Shown in pieces: positions 37,698 through 46,414 of a DNA stretch of 64,000 nt; position 1 is the first letter of the stretch, and each line of letters starts with the position of its first letter. Both the position numbers and the translations under genes were made by a program. Source of the DNA: an uncultured Candidatus Saccharibacteria bacterium (GTDB lineage Bacteria; Patescibacteriota; Minisyncoccia; Phycocordibacterales; CSBR16-119). Under the pieces are notes generated by a model. The model saw only the letters and a list, made by a program, of their open reading frames with translations, had not been told where the DNA came from and ran no database searches. The stretch is from positions 85,560 through 149,559 of the forward strand of contig CAZLAD010000002.1 of NCBI GenBank assembly GCA_964557535.1, given 5' to 3'.

Positions 37698-38133
37698 TGT
37701 TTTTTAGCTGTTAGCTTCTGGCCATTAGCTATTAGCTAAAGGCTAATGGCTAATGGCTCCGGTTCAGTAATATCTCACGTTTTTTCTTGAAGGTCCCGAG
37801 GGGCATTCAAGGAGAAACGCGGATTAAACTGAACTGAGGGCTATATTAGCAGATTGAGATTTTATGTCAATCAAAATAATTTGAGCCCCGGTCTTGTTAG
37901 ACCAGGGCCCCATAGCTGACACGTAAAGTGCTTTTGATAGCGACTTGAATAGCCAAAGGACTTTGGTCCTCGGCAGGGGCAAGAGCACCTGCAAGAATGC
38001 TCTGCCACCCGCCGAGACCATACGACTTGTTGGCATGAACTCTATCATACTCCAACCATATTGTCAAGCGATTTTGGACAATCTTTTACTACCCTGAATT
38101 TATTCATTCCAACGTTCCTCATTGTCTCCACCG

Positions 38134-38170
38134 GACCGTCTCCGCTAGGCCGGACCTAGCGGAGACGGTC
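38134..38170. repeat. perfect 16-bp GC-rich hairpin GACCGTCTCCGCTAGG-CCGGA-CCTAGCGGAGACGGTC
   Basis: Seen directly. Adjacent to palindrome copy 3. No U-tract on either strand. Confidence 0.7.
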
Positions 38171-38184
38171 TCGCGGATAAAAAT

Positions 38185-38222
38185 GTATCATTTTTGTGGA
38201 CGGTCGTCTCAAAAAATGATAC
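38185..38222. repeat. long AT-arm/GC-core palindrome, copy 3 (GTATCATTTTTGTGGACGGTCGTCTCAAAAAATGATAC)
   Basis: Near-identical to the palindrome at 1989-2026 downstream of the wHTH-Cas2-like gene. Confidence 0.8.
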
Positions 38223-38290
38223 GCAAGAAAAATTATGAGATATGAAACAAGAAAGCCCGCGGGCGGCTTTCAAGGGCCAAGAGCGGGCTA

Positions 38291-38689
38291 TTAGGCAGAT
38301 TTGAGGTGGTAACGGCCTTCGAGATAGACACGAAGGGCGTCTTGTACGATTATCAGATCTTTTGTTTCTAGCTCCTCAGACAGAAGGTTCGGCACCATCT
38401 CGATGAAATAGTGCTGGAACATGGCCGCTAGATCATCCAACTCTTCGTTGAAGTTTGCCATGTCTTTTGGAGTAGCTCTGTGATTCCATTCAGTAATCGG
38501 TAGGGCTGCTGGCACGCGATTTCCAGAAAGCCCTTTAAAGGCTATCCTATGCGCTTTTGAGAGAGCTATGTCGATCATACTCACCAACGTGAGCAAACGA
38601 CTCGCCTCTTTAGGGAACAGTTCGCGAATGAGATCGTGCACTGTGGGGATCTCATTTTTTGAGGTCTCATTTTTAGTTAGCATGGCCAC
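38291..38689 (-). CDS. orphan 132-aa protein inserted between rplE and rpsN
   Basis: Higher GC (about 47%). Five spaced His residues (possible DinB-like helical bundle, speculative). Confidence 0.55.
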   Translation of the reverse strand: MAMLTKNETSKNEIPTVHDLIRELFPKEASRLLTLVSMIDIALSKAHRIAFKGLSGNRVPAALPITEWNHRATPKDMANFNEELDDLAAMFQHYFIEMVPNLLSEELETKDLIIVQDALRVYLEGRYHLKSA

Positions 38690-38775
38690 TGAGTTTGTTT
38701 TACCTTACACCAATCTCTAAAAAAACAAAAGCCCCTTTTGGGGCGATTGTTTTCTTAATACTTAATTCCTAATTC

Positions 38776-39315
38776 TTACTTCTTAAACGGAATTCCGAGG
38801 TAATCGAAGAATGCTTTAGCTTCTTCTTTGTTCTTTGCAGTCGTTACAAATGTGATCGCGAGGCCAAAAACGTCTTTGAGTTCTTCGTCCCCTGTTTCTG
38901 GGAAGATCGTGTGTTCTTTGATACCGATTGTCAGGTTTCCGACGTCATCGATTCCTTTCGATTCGAGTCCGCGGAAGTCTTTGGTTCGAGGAAATGACAC
39001 ATGGATTAGTTTGTCGACAAACGAATTCATGCGTTCACCGCGAAGTGTAACCATCTGACCAATGACTTCGTTTTCGCGAAGTTTGAAAGACGCGATTGAC
39101 TGTTTGGCTGCACGTGGAGATGTTTTCTGGCCAGTAATCTTGGCAAGTCGGTCAGCGATAAAATCATTTTTATTTTTATCGTTTTTCATTTTCGATCCTG
39201 TTCCAGAAGAAACAACGACTTTTACCAATCGTGGCGCAGACAAAGGATTTTTGTAACCAAATTTTGGTTTCAAAACCTTGTAAGTATTTGCTAGTTTTTG
39301 TTTAGTAGTTTCCAT
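38776..39315 (-). CDS. rplE: 50S ribosomal protein L5
   Basis: 179 aa, L5. Confidence 0.93.
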   Translation of the reverse strand: METTKQKLANTYKVLKPKFGYKNPLSAPRLVKVVVSSGTGSKMKNDKNKNDFIADRLAKITGQKTSPRAAKQSIASFKLRENEVIGQMVTLRGERMNSFVDKLIHVSFPRTKDFRGLESKGIDDVGNLTIGIKEHTIFPETGDEELKDVFGLAITFVTTAKNKEEAKAFFDYLGIPFKK

Positions 39316-39352
39316 ATTCTAAAGGTTATAGGTATTAGGTGATAGGTTATAG

Positions 39353-39652
39353 TTATCTGATTTCATTGCCGGATTTGGTGGCAACACGGACCTTTTTACC
39401 ATTAATAAGTTTTGCTTTAACTCTGGTCGGTTTGTTGTTGTCGACAAGCATGACATTTGAGGCGCTGATTGGCGCAGACATTTCAATTATTGCCCCAGCT
39501 TTGTTGGCAGTCTTTTTCTTGTGAACTTTGCGGACATTGACACCTTCGACGATAACTTTGTTAGCCTCACGAAAAACCTTCAAGACCTTGCCTGTCTTGC
39601 CTTTGTCAGATCCTGCTACCACTATTACGTTGTCGTTTTTTCTGATATTCAT
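39353..39652 (-). CDS. rplX: 50S ribosomal protein L24
   Basis: KOW motif region. 99 aa. Confidence 0.92.
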   Translation of the reverse strand: MNIRKNDNVIVVAGSDKGKTGKVLKVFREANKVIVEGVNVRKVHKKKTANKAGAIIEMSAPISASNVMLVDNNKPTRVKAKLINGKKVRVATKSGNEIR

Positions 39653-39656
39653 AAAA

Positions 39657-40028
39657 TTATAGAACCTCTGGGGCTAGTGACACGATTTTCTGATAACCTT
39701 TTTCACCAATTTCTCTTGGAATTGGACCGAAGATTCGTCCAGCCTTTGGTTCGAACTTACCTTTTTCGATGATAACTACAGCGTTGTCGTCAAAAGAAAT
39801 ATATGAACCATCTTTGCGACGAAAAGGTTTGGTCGTACGTACAACAACAGCGTGATGAACGTCTTTCTTTTTTATCATCTTGCGAGGCGAAGCTGTTTTG
39901 ACAGCGATAACTACCAAATCACCAAGCGAAGCATATCGACGTTTTGATCCGCCGAGAACTTTGAAGACGCGAGCTGACAAAGCTCCTCCGTTATCTGCCA
40001 CTGTTACATTTGTTCCGTCTTGAATCAT
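39657..40028 (-). CDS. rplN: 50S ribosomal protein L14
   Basis: 123 aa, MIQ... Confidence 0.93.
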   Translation of the reverse strand: MIQDGTNVTVADNGGALSARVFKVLGGSKRRYASLGDLVVIAVKTASPRKMIKKKDVHHAVVVRTTKPFRRKDGSYISFDDNAVVIIEKGKFEPKAGRIFGPIPREIGEKGYQKIVSLAPEVL

Positions 40029-40034
40029 AAAAGT

Positions 40035-40292
40035 TTAGATTTTCTTAGTTACTTTGAAATACTTCGTTTTCGAAATCGGACGTGTTTCAATCATTTCTAC
40101 CTTGTCACCGATTTTGAATTCATTGTTCTCGTCGTGAGCCTGGTAACGCTTGTCTTTCTTGAAAAATTTCTGATATTTGGCGTGCTTGACGAATCTTGGC
40201 ACAGTAACAACCACGGTCTTGTCGTTGCCGTCCTTGACCACAGTTCCCTGTAGTACTTTTGGTTTTTTAGTTGTATTACTGTCTGTTTTCAT
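40035..40292 (-). CDS. rpsQ: 30S ribosomal protein S17
   Basis: 85 aa, S17. Confidence 0.92.
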   Translation of the reverse strand: MKTDSNTTKKPKVLQGTVVKDGNDKTVVVTVPRFVKHAKYQKFFKKDKRYQAHDENNEFKIGDKVEMIETRPISKTKYFKVTKKI

Positions 40293-40300
40293 AAAATTTA

Positions 40301-40486
40301 TTATTTTGTATTACGAGCGGTAAGCTCTGTGTTGATACGAGCAATGTCTCGTCGCAACTCTTTCATGCCGTGGTTTTTGGCTCGGCCAGAAACGTTGAAT
40401 CGCATTTTTTGCAATTCGGCTGATTTTTCAGCCTTTTGCTTATGCAAATCAGCAACGCTTGTGGATTTTAAATCAAGTTTCTTCAT
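40301..40486 (-). CDS. rpmC: 50S ribosomal protein L29
   Basis: 61 aa, L29. Confidence 0.9.
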   Translation of the reverse strand: MKKLDLKSTSVADLHKQKAEKSAELQKMRFNVSGRAKNHGMKELRRDIARINTELTARNTK

Positions 40487-40495
40487 ATTACATTT

Positions 40496-40921
40496 TTATT
40501 TATTTCTGGCAACTACGCGAGTCTTGACTGGCAATTTTGTTCCCGCTTTGCGCAAAGCCTCTTTGCAGATAGCTTCTGTCGCACCGTCGGCCTCGAAAAT
40601 GATGCGTCCTGGGTGAACTTCGAAACAGTACCCCTTCAAATCTCCTTTTCCCTTACCCATTCCGACTTCTGCGGCCTTGGCAGTAACTGGTCGGTCAGGG
40701 AAAATACGAATCCAAGACTTACCTTCTTTGGTCAAATGTCGAACCATAGCCTTTCGAGCAGATTCAATCTGAGCGGAAGTAACACGAGCCATAGATTCAG
40801 CTTTCAAGCCAAAAGACCCGAAGCTCACTTCTATTCCACGAGTGTCGGCACGCTTCATCTTAAGAGGATTTTTGCGGGCCGTTTGCCACTTTCGATATTT
40901 AACTTTTTTAGGAAACATCAT
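40496..40921 (-). CDS. rplP: 50S ribosomal protein L16
   Basis: 141 aa, L16. Confidence 0.93.
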   Translation of the reverse strand: MMFPKKVKYRKWQTARKNPLKMKRADTRGIEVSFGSFGLKAESMARVTSAQIESARKAMVRHLTKEGKSWIRIFPDRPVTAKAAEVGMGKGKGDLKGYCFEVHPGRIIFEADGATEAICKEALRKAGTKLPVKTRVVARNK

Positions 40922-40934
40922 ATAAATTCATTTA

Positions 40935-41618
40935 TTACTTGCCGTGAGCATTAGTCGAACGGTCTTTTTCAAAAACCTCGCCTCGGTAGATCCAGACCTT
41001 GATACCAAGTGTTCCATAGTAGAGCACTGCACGTTCGCGAGCAAAATCAACATCAGCACGCAAAGTTTGAAGCGGGATAGAACCTTGTTTAACTTCTTCT
41101 CGACGAGCCATGTCAGCACCGTTCAAGCGACCCGAAACAACGATACGAGCTCCTTTGACTTCGCGAGAAGCCATGACTTTATCAAGAGTCTGCTTGATAA
41201 CGCGTCGGAATGGAAGACGTTTTTCGAGACCCTCGACGATGGTATATGCCACGATTTGTGCGTCTGCATCAGGGTTCGTTACTTCCTGAATATCGATTTT
41301 GAAATCTTCTGGAATAGAGATTTTATTTTTTGTCATCATCTTCGTCAAATCTTCGCGAAGCTTTTTGGCACCCTCGCCTGATCGGCCGATGATAACACCA
41401 GGACGAGCAGTCTTGATGATGATGCGAGCGCCTTTGCGTGAACGTTCAATTTCAACAGACGACAAATATGCTGAGCGCAGTTTTTTCGTAAGCCAAGCAC
41501 GAATCAAAATATCAGACTTCAAAGTCTCGGCGAATTTCTTGCCAGTAGAAAACCAGCGAGATTTCCAATCTCGAAGCACTACTAGTCTATGTGAATATGG
41601 GTTTACTTTTTTTGACAT
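40935..41618 (-). CDS. rpsC: 30S ribosomal protein S3
   Basis: KH domain. 227 aa. Confidence 0.93.
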   Translation of the reverse strand: MSKKVNPYSHRLVVLRDWKSRWFSTGKKFAETLKSDILIRAWLTKKLRSAYLSSVEIERSRKGARIIIKTARPGVIIGRSGEGAKKLREDLTKMMTKNKISIPEDFKIDIQEVTNPDADAQIVAYTIVEGLEKRLPFRRVIKQTLDKVMASREVKGARIVVSGRLNGADMARREEVKQGSIPLQTLRADVDFARERAVLYYGTLGIKVWIYRGEVFEKDRSTNAHGK

Positions 41619-41622
41619 ATTA

Positions 41623-42090
41623 TTAGCTGTTAGCTGTTAGCTTTTGGCTTTTAGCTTTTTTGGCGACCCCCGCTCGGGCTGGCTTTTTGACTGTAGCCTT
41701 CTTGGCAACGGGTTTTTCGGCTTTTTCTACTTTGATCTCTGCTACTTCCTTGGCACCAGCAGATTTTTTGGAAGCCAAAGTTACCACAACATGGCAAGTT
41801 CTTTTATTTATCGGATATCCGGAACCACGAGCACGAGGTCGCATACGTTTCAATGTGATGCCTTTGTTGACCTCGATACTTTTGACCATCAAATCAGCAG
41901 TGTCGACACCAGAATTTACGCGAGCATTAGCGATCGCAGAATCAATCAATTTTTTGATTGGGTCAGCAGAGCGTTTCGGCATAAAAGACAAAATCAAAGA
42001 CGCATTCTGAGCAGATTTACCAACGACGGCCTTCGCCACTAGGCGGACCTTTCGAGGTGATTGTCTGTAGTTTTTAAGAATGGCTTTCAT
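41623..42090 (-). CDS. rplV: 50S ribosomal protein L22 (with C-terminal Ala/Lys extension encoded by a TAGC-type repeat)
   Basis: 155 aa. The C-terminal tail ...KKAKSQKLTANS is encoded by the GCTAA repeat block at 41625-41665. Confidence 0.92.
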   Translation of the reverse strand: MKAILKNYRQSPRKVRLVAKAVVGKSAQNASLILSFMPKRSADPIKKLIDSAIANARVNSGVDTADLMVKSIEVNKGITLKRMRPRARGSGYPINKRTCHVVVTLASKKSAGAKEVAEIKVEKAEKPVAKKATVKKPARAGVAKKAKSQKLTANS

Positions 42091-42095
42091 ATATT

Positions 42096-42452
42096 TTATT
42101 TCTTCTTATCAGCACCCTTATCTGCAGTCGCGGCTTTGGCAGACTGAGCAGCTGCGATTTCAGATTCTTTCTTCTTCTGCTCAAGCTCTTTCATAAGCTT
42201 ACCGCCGTGTCGGTGGAATTTACGGGTCGGAGAAAATTCACCCAATCGGTGTCCAACCATGTCTTCGGTGACGAAAACTTTGATGTGGTCTTTGCCATTG
42301 TGAACGCCAAAAGAAAAGCCAATCATTTCAGGAGCGATTTGGGAAGCTCTGGCCCACGTGTTAATAACCCCAGTTTCTTGGGGCTTTTTTCCAGCAATCT
42401 TCTTTAGAAGCTTTGCATCTATGTATGGACCTTTTTTAAGTGATCTTGTCAT
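42096..42452 (-). CDS. rpsS: 30S ribosomal protein S19 (with C-terminal extension)
   Basis: [18 protein letters not shown] motif. Confidence 0.93.
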   Translation of the reverse strand: MTRSLKKGPYIDAKLLKKIAGKKPQETGVINTWARASQIAPEMIGFSFGVHNGKDHIKVFVTEDMVGHRLGEFSPTRKFHRHGGKLMKELEQKKKESEIAAAQSAKAATADKGADKKK

Positions 42453-42632
42453 TGTTGTTTAATGAGAAATCGTCGTCATGGCTAGGTCGTGGGTCTCTAG
42501 AGAATCCAGAGCGTCACCGCCATCTTCGTATTTCATTTTCAAAAAAATTCAGGCCCTTCGGCCGAATAGGTAGCATACTAGCAGATAGGGTTTTGAAAGT
42601 CAAACTTGGTAAGCCAGTTTCTTTTTAATAAT

Positions 42633-42660
42633 TGACAATATGGCTTATATATGATACTAT
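42633..42660 (+). promoter_or_regulatory. sigma70-like promoter TTGACA-N16-TACTAT for the opposite-strand lipoprotein gene
   Basis: -35 at 42633-42638, -10 at 42655-42660, ATG at 42679. Confidence 0.5.
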
Positions 42661-42678
42661 CATGCAAAACCAACCCTG

Positions 42679-43182
42679 ATGAAGCACCTGCTCTTCCTTT
42701 TTTCCTGTGCGTTGTTCATCTTCTCCTGCGCCAACCCTTCCCTCGAGGAAGAAGCGATGGGTGAGATCACACAGCTCCAACCCAACAACCAAAGCGCATC
42801 TATGGAACCAACGAGTGCAATAGATGAGCACCTGCGGTTCAAACTCCCCCAAGGTTCATACCAGAATCTGGTCTATCTGATGGAGTTGAATGCAATAATC
42901 GGCGAGCATGCTGACCTGACCACTTGGTGGTATGCGACCCCACCGATAAATGGGTACGTTCACGACCTGAACGTAATACAAGGACCTACACCTGAGGAAT
43001 GGCGTCAACTCCAAACTCCTCGATGGATCCTGGTCCATGTGAGATCCAAAGGTGCACCTTGGGGAGAGAAATTGTTTTCCTACAGTCTTCTGCCGAGCGA
43101 TGACATCCTCTTCGATTCACCCGCAGACACGGTCCATGCAGACATGATCCGAGATGCTATAAACGAAATACTGAAGGAGTAA
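42679..43182 (+). CDS. putative lipoprotein (167 aa), high-GC, inserted antisense within the S10 operon
   Basis: Signal peptide with a lipobox-like LFSCA/IFSC. GC about 50% with atypical codons. Has its own promoter and terminator. Confidence 0.6.
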   Translation: MKHLLFLFSCALFIFSCANPSLEEEAMGEITQLQPNNQSASMEPTSAIDEHLRFKLPQGSYQNLVYLMELNAIIGEHADLTTWWYATPPINGYVHDLNVIQGPTPEEWRQLQTPRWILVHVRSKGAPWGEKLFSYSLLPSDDILFDSPADTVHADMIRDAINEILKE

Positions 43183-43202
43183 ACGCACTAATGAACAACG
43201 CG

Positions 43203-43236
43203 AAAGCGCCCCGAGTATACGGGGCGCTTTCTGCTT
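43203..43236 (+). terminator. terminator AAAGCGCCCCGAGUAUACGGGGCGCUUUCUGCUUUUCU (bidirectional-capable)
   Basis: Perfect hairpin plus U-tract after the lipoprotein gene, 3 nt from the rplB stop. Confidence 0.8.
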
Positions 43237-43238
43237 TT

Positions 43239-44093
43239 CTACACAATCTTCTGCTGATTTCTCTTTGTTTTTCTGCGAGTAACCACTTGATTGTTTGAGT
43301 ATTTCTTTGATTTTCGAGTTTTGACTCCGTAAGCGAGTTTTCCGTGACGAGTCTTTGGACCTCGGCGAAGTCCGATTCCCTGTCGTCCTTCTCCTCCACC
43401 GTGTGGGTGATCAACTGGACTCATGGCCGAACCGCGAACCGTTGGGCGAATGCCCTTCCAGCGACTTCGTCCAGCTTTACCAAAGTTTGTAAGTTTCCAT
43501 TCAGCGTTTGAAACTTCGCCGACACATGCCCAAGCAAGCGTTGGAACTTTTCGAACTTCAGTTGAAGGCATTTTTAGGAATGTCTTGTCGCCATCATGTG
43601 CCACAACCTGCAGGAACGATCCAGCAGACCTGGCGAGCTTGGCACCGCCGTTTGTCTTGATCTCGACGTTGTAAACAAAAGTACCAACTGGAATATTTAC
43701 AAGCGGAAGTCGATTACCAAGTTTTGGTTCGGCAGTCTTTGAGACAATAAATTTGTCTCCGACTTTTGCACCCTTTGGAATTACGACATAACGTTTTTCA
43801 CCATCAGCATAAACAGCAAGTGATATAAAAGCGTTTCGATTTGGATCGTATTCGACGGTTGTAAATTTAGCTGGGATATCAAATTTGTTGTATTTGAAAT
43901 CGACATCGCGATAAGAACGCTTGTGTCCACCTCCTTTGTGCGGAGTAGTAATGCGTCCCTGGTTGTTGCGACCAACATGGCGTTTACCACCTTTGGTCAA
44001 TTTCTTGTGCGGATGCTTGGTCGTCAAATTGTCTCGATAAGAAACAACTGTCATTCCACGGCGTCCGGCTGATGTTGGTTTGAACTTCTTCAT
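43239..44093 (-). CDS. rplB: 50S ribosomal protein L2
   Basis: 284 aa, L2. Confidence 0.95.
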   Translation of the reverse strand: MKKFKPTSAGRRGMTVVSYRDNLTTKHPHKKLTKGGKRHVGRNNQGRITTPHKGGGHKRSYRDVDFKYNKFDIPAKFTTVEYDPNRNAFISLAVYADGEKRYVVIPKGAKVGDKFIVSKTAEPKLGNRLPLVNIPVGTFVYNVEIKTNGGAKLARSAGSFLQVVAHDGDKTFLKMPSTEVRKVPTLAWACVGEVSNAEWKLTNFGKAGRSRWKGIRPTVRGSAMSPVDHPHGGGEGRQGIGLRRGPKTRHGKLAYGVKTRKSKKYSNNQVVTRRKTKRNQQKIV

Positions 44094-44215
44094 TTGATTA
44101 TCGTTTTTAAAACACTACTTATCGGCAAGTGCAACCATAATTTGTAAATTAAGAAGCCTTGAGCCCTTAGCTTTTAGCCGTTAGCTAACGGCCAATGGCT
44201 AAGAGCTAACAGCTC

Positions 44216-44653
44216 TTAGATGAATTCTATCTTGTCTCCCTTTTTCAAGGTGACGTATGCTTTGCGACCTCCGCGCTTAACGCCATTTGCCGTCTGACGG
44301 AACACTCGTTTCGTCGGAATTGCGAGGACGTTTACGCGAACCGGTGTAAAACCGTAAATTGCCTTGATGGCTTTTACGACTTCAATCTTGTTCGCGCCCG
44401 GATAGACATCAAATGTATAGACGTTTTGATCTGAGACATTGGCGGCCTTCTCCGTAATACGAGGATTTCGGATAACCATAGAATCAACTTTGGCTGTTCC
44501 CTTCTTTGCCTCCTTTACGACCGCGGGCTTTTCGGCTTTTTCTGCAACCCCCGCCCGAACGACCGATTTTCGGTCGGGCAGGTTTTTAGCCGCTACTTTT
44601 TTTGTAGCTGGTGCTGGCTTCTTCTTGTCATCAGATTTTGAAAAAATTCCCAT
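44216..44653 (-). CDS. rplW: 50S ribosomal protein L23 (with N-terminal basic extension)
   Basis: 145 aa. Confidence 0.88.
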   Translation of the reverse strand: MGIFSKSDDKKKPAPATKKVAAKNLPDRKSVVRAGVAEKAEKPAVVKEAKKGTAKVDSMVIRNPRITEKAANVSDQNVYTFDVYPGANKIEVVKAIKAIYGFTPVRVNVLAIPTKRVFRQTANGVKRGGRKAYVTLKKGDKIEFI

Positions 44654-44654
44654 A

Positions 44655-45320
44655 TTATTTATCTAATTTAGCTGACAAAGTCGCGAGTGACTCCGCAGGA
44701 TTGACTATTAATAGGTATCGGTGATTCAAAACATCTGACACGGAAAGATTTCTAAGCTCGTTAACTTCCACGTACGGAATGTTGTTGTAGCTTTTCTTTA
44801 CAGTTTCGTTTACTTGATCAATCGCGACCTGAGCTACGACTTTCTTTGAGCCTTTCAAGCGCTCAAATCCAGATATATTTCCAAGTGCGTTCATGATAGT
44901 TGCAGCTTCTTTGGTCTTGATGGTCGATGGAGAAATGTTGTCGACAAACAAGATCTGACCTTTGCGGAATTTCTCTGATAGTAGTGTGAACAAAGCCGCT
45001 CGGTTCATTTTCTTGTTAATCTTTTTCTTGTAGTTTCTCTCAGGCGTTGGACCATGAGCAATACCTCCACCAACCCAAATCGGTGAACGTTTAGAACCAT
45101 GTCTGGCGCGTCCTGTACCCTTTTGTTTCCAAGGCTTCTTGCCTGTTCCCGAAACTTCTGAACGATCTTTAGTTTTTGCGGTATTGGCCCGAGCATTTGA
45201 TTGCTGTGACGTAAATACTTGGTGAACCAAGTCGGCATTCCAATTAAGCCCGAAAATACTTTCCGGAAGTTCAATACTTCCTGCTTCTTTTCCTTTTTTA
45301 TCGTAAATTAAAGCTTTCAT
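44655..45320 (-). CDS. rplD: 50S ribosomal protein L4
   Basis: 221 aa, L4. Confidence 0.93.
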   Translation of the reverse strand: MKALIYDKKGKEAGSIELPESIFGLNWNADLVHQVFTSQQSNARANTAKTKDRSEVSGTGKKPWKQKGTGRARHGSKRSPIWVGGGIAHGPTPERNYKKKINKKMNRAALFTLLSEKFRKGQILFVDNISPSTIKTKEAATIMNALGNISGFERLKGSKKVVAQVAIDQVNETVKKSYNNIPYVEVNELRNLSVSDVLNHRYLLIVNPAESLATLSAKLDK

Positions 45321-45324
45321 ATAT

Positions 45325-45948
45325 TTATCCGGTTATTGTTACCAATGTTCCACGTCGACCAGGAATTGCTCCCTTTACCAATATTTTTGAATTTTCATTG
45401 TCTACTGCTAGAACTTTCAGATTCTTTACAGAGACGATATCTCCGCCCATGCGTCCGGCCATGCGAATGTCTTTGGCTACACGTCCGCCGGCTCGTCCAC
45501 CCGAACCAGAAATTGTTCCGGCTTCACGCTCAGAATGTTTCTGACCGTGTGAACGGCGACCTCCTTTGAAGCCATGTCGTTTAACAACACCCTGAAAGCC
45601 TTTACCCTTTGACACGCCTGTAACCACAACAGTATCACCAACGGCAAATGTCGTAGCATCTACTGTGTCACCGAGATTAAGTCCTGATGTTGCGCCTTTT
45701 TCTAATCGGTATTCTTTCAAGTGACGGAAATTTCCAAGACCTTTTAGATGACCTTTTAGAGGTTTGTTGACGCGAGATTCTTTCATTTCACTGTAACCAA
45801 ACTGAATAGCATCATAACCATCAGTTGCCACAGTTTTGATTTGGACGACTTTCATCGGTCCTGCTTCGACGAGGGTCGCTGGGAACACGTTCCCTGACTC
45901 GTCGAAGAACTGCGTCATATTTACTTTTTTTCCTAATATAAATTTCAT
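45325..45948 (-). CDS. rplC: 50S ribosomal protein L3
   Basis: 207 aa, L3. Confidence 0.93.
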   Translation of the reverse strand: MKFILGKKVNMTQFFDESGNVFPATLVEAGPMKVVQIKTVATDGYDAIQFGYSEMKESRVNKPLKGHLKGLGNFRHLKEYRLEKGATSGLNLGDTVDATTFAVGDTVVVTGVSKGKGFQGVVKRHGFKGGRRSHGQKHSEREAGTISGSGGRAGGRVAKDIRMAGRMGGDIVSVKNLKVLAVDNENSKILVKGAIPGRRGTLVTITG

Positions 45949-46022
45949 AATTTTTAGTTAAGTTACTCCCTCCGCGTCAAACGCAGTTAGAGCATTGTAA
46001 CCATAAGTTCGAAGTCTGGTAA

Positions 46023-46388
46023 TTACACCATCTTTACATCAATCTCGACTCCCGAAGGCAAATTCAAGTTTGTAAGTGCTTCAATCGTTTTCGCAGATGG
46101 ATTCAAGATGTCAATAAGACGTTTGTGCGTCCTGATCTCGAACTGTTCTCGTGCATCTTTGTAAACGAATGGTGAACTATTTACAGTGTACTTCTTGATC
46201 TCTGTCGGTAGAGGTACCGGACCCAGAATCGTCGCATCGTGGCGAGCGGCTGTGTCGATAATCTGTTTGACTGAGTTGTCGAGAATCTTATTTTCATAAG
46301 CTCGGACACGAATTCGAAGCACTACTTTGTCTGACTTTGTAGTCGTTTTCTTTACTGATGTTTTTGATTGTGCTTTTTTTGTCGCCAT
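46023..46388 (-). CDS. rpsJ: 30S ribosomal protein S10 (with N-terminal extension)
   Basis: 121 aa. Confidence 0.92.
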   Translation of the reverse strand: MATKKAQSKTSVKKTTTKSDKVVLRIRVRAYENKILDNSVKQIIDTAARHDATILGPVPLPTEIKKYTVNSSPFVYKDAREQFEIRTHKRLIDILNPSAKTIEALTNLNLPSGVEIDVKMV

Positions 46389-46414
46389 AATTTAATGAGC
46401 TAATTATTTTTGAA

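Noticed and set aside
37824-38048. 74-aa minus-strand ORF inside the GC-rich noncoding insert
   Set aside because: It lies within the hairpin-rich region, has no start context and has biased composition. It is more likely a chance ORF in structured RNA/DNA.
37740-38100. Possible RNase P RNA or other large housekeeping RNA in the GC-rich noncoding insert between rpsN and the 132-aa gene
   Set aside because: Neither strand contains the P4 consensus (GGAAAGUCCGGGCUCC / ACAGAACCCGGCUUA) or the GGUAAGAGCGCACC loop. Only loose resemblances (AAAGUCC, AGACCGGGGCUC) are present. It remains an unassigned structured region.
42552-42563. Minus-strand terminator between the lipoprotein cassette and rpsS
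   Set aside because: The stem is only 4 bp, GGCC-CUUC-GGCC, although it is followed by a 7-nt U-tract. It is too weak to call confidently, so it is mentioned only within the cassette finding.
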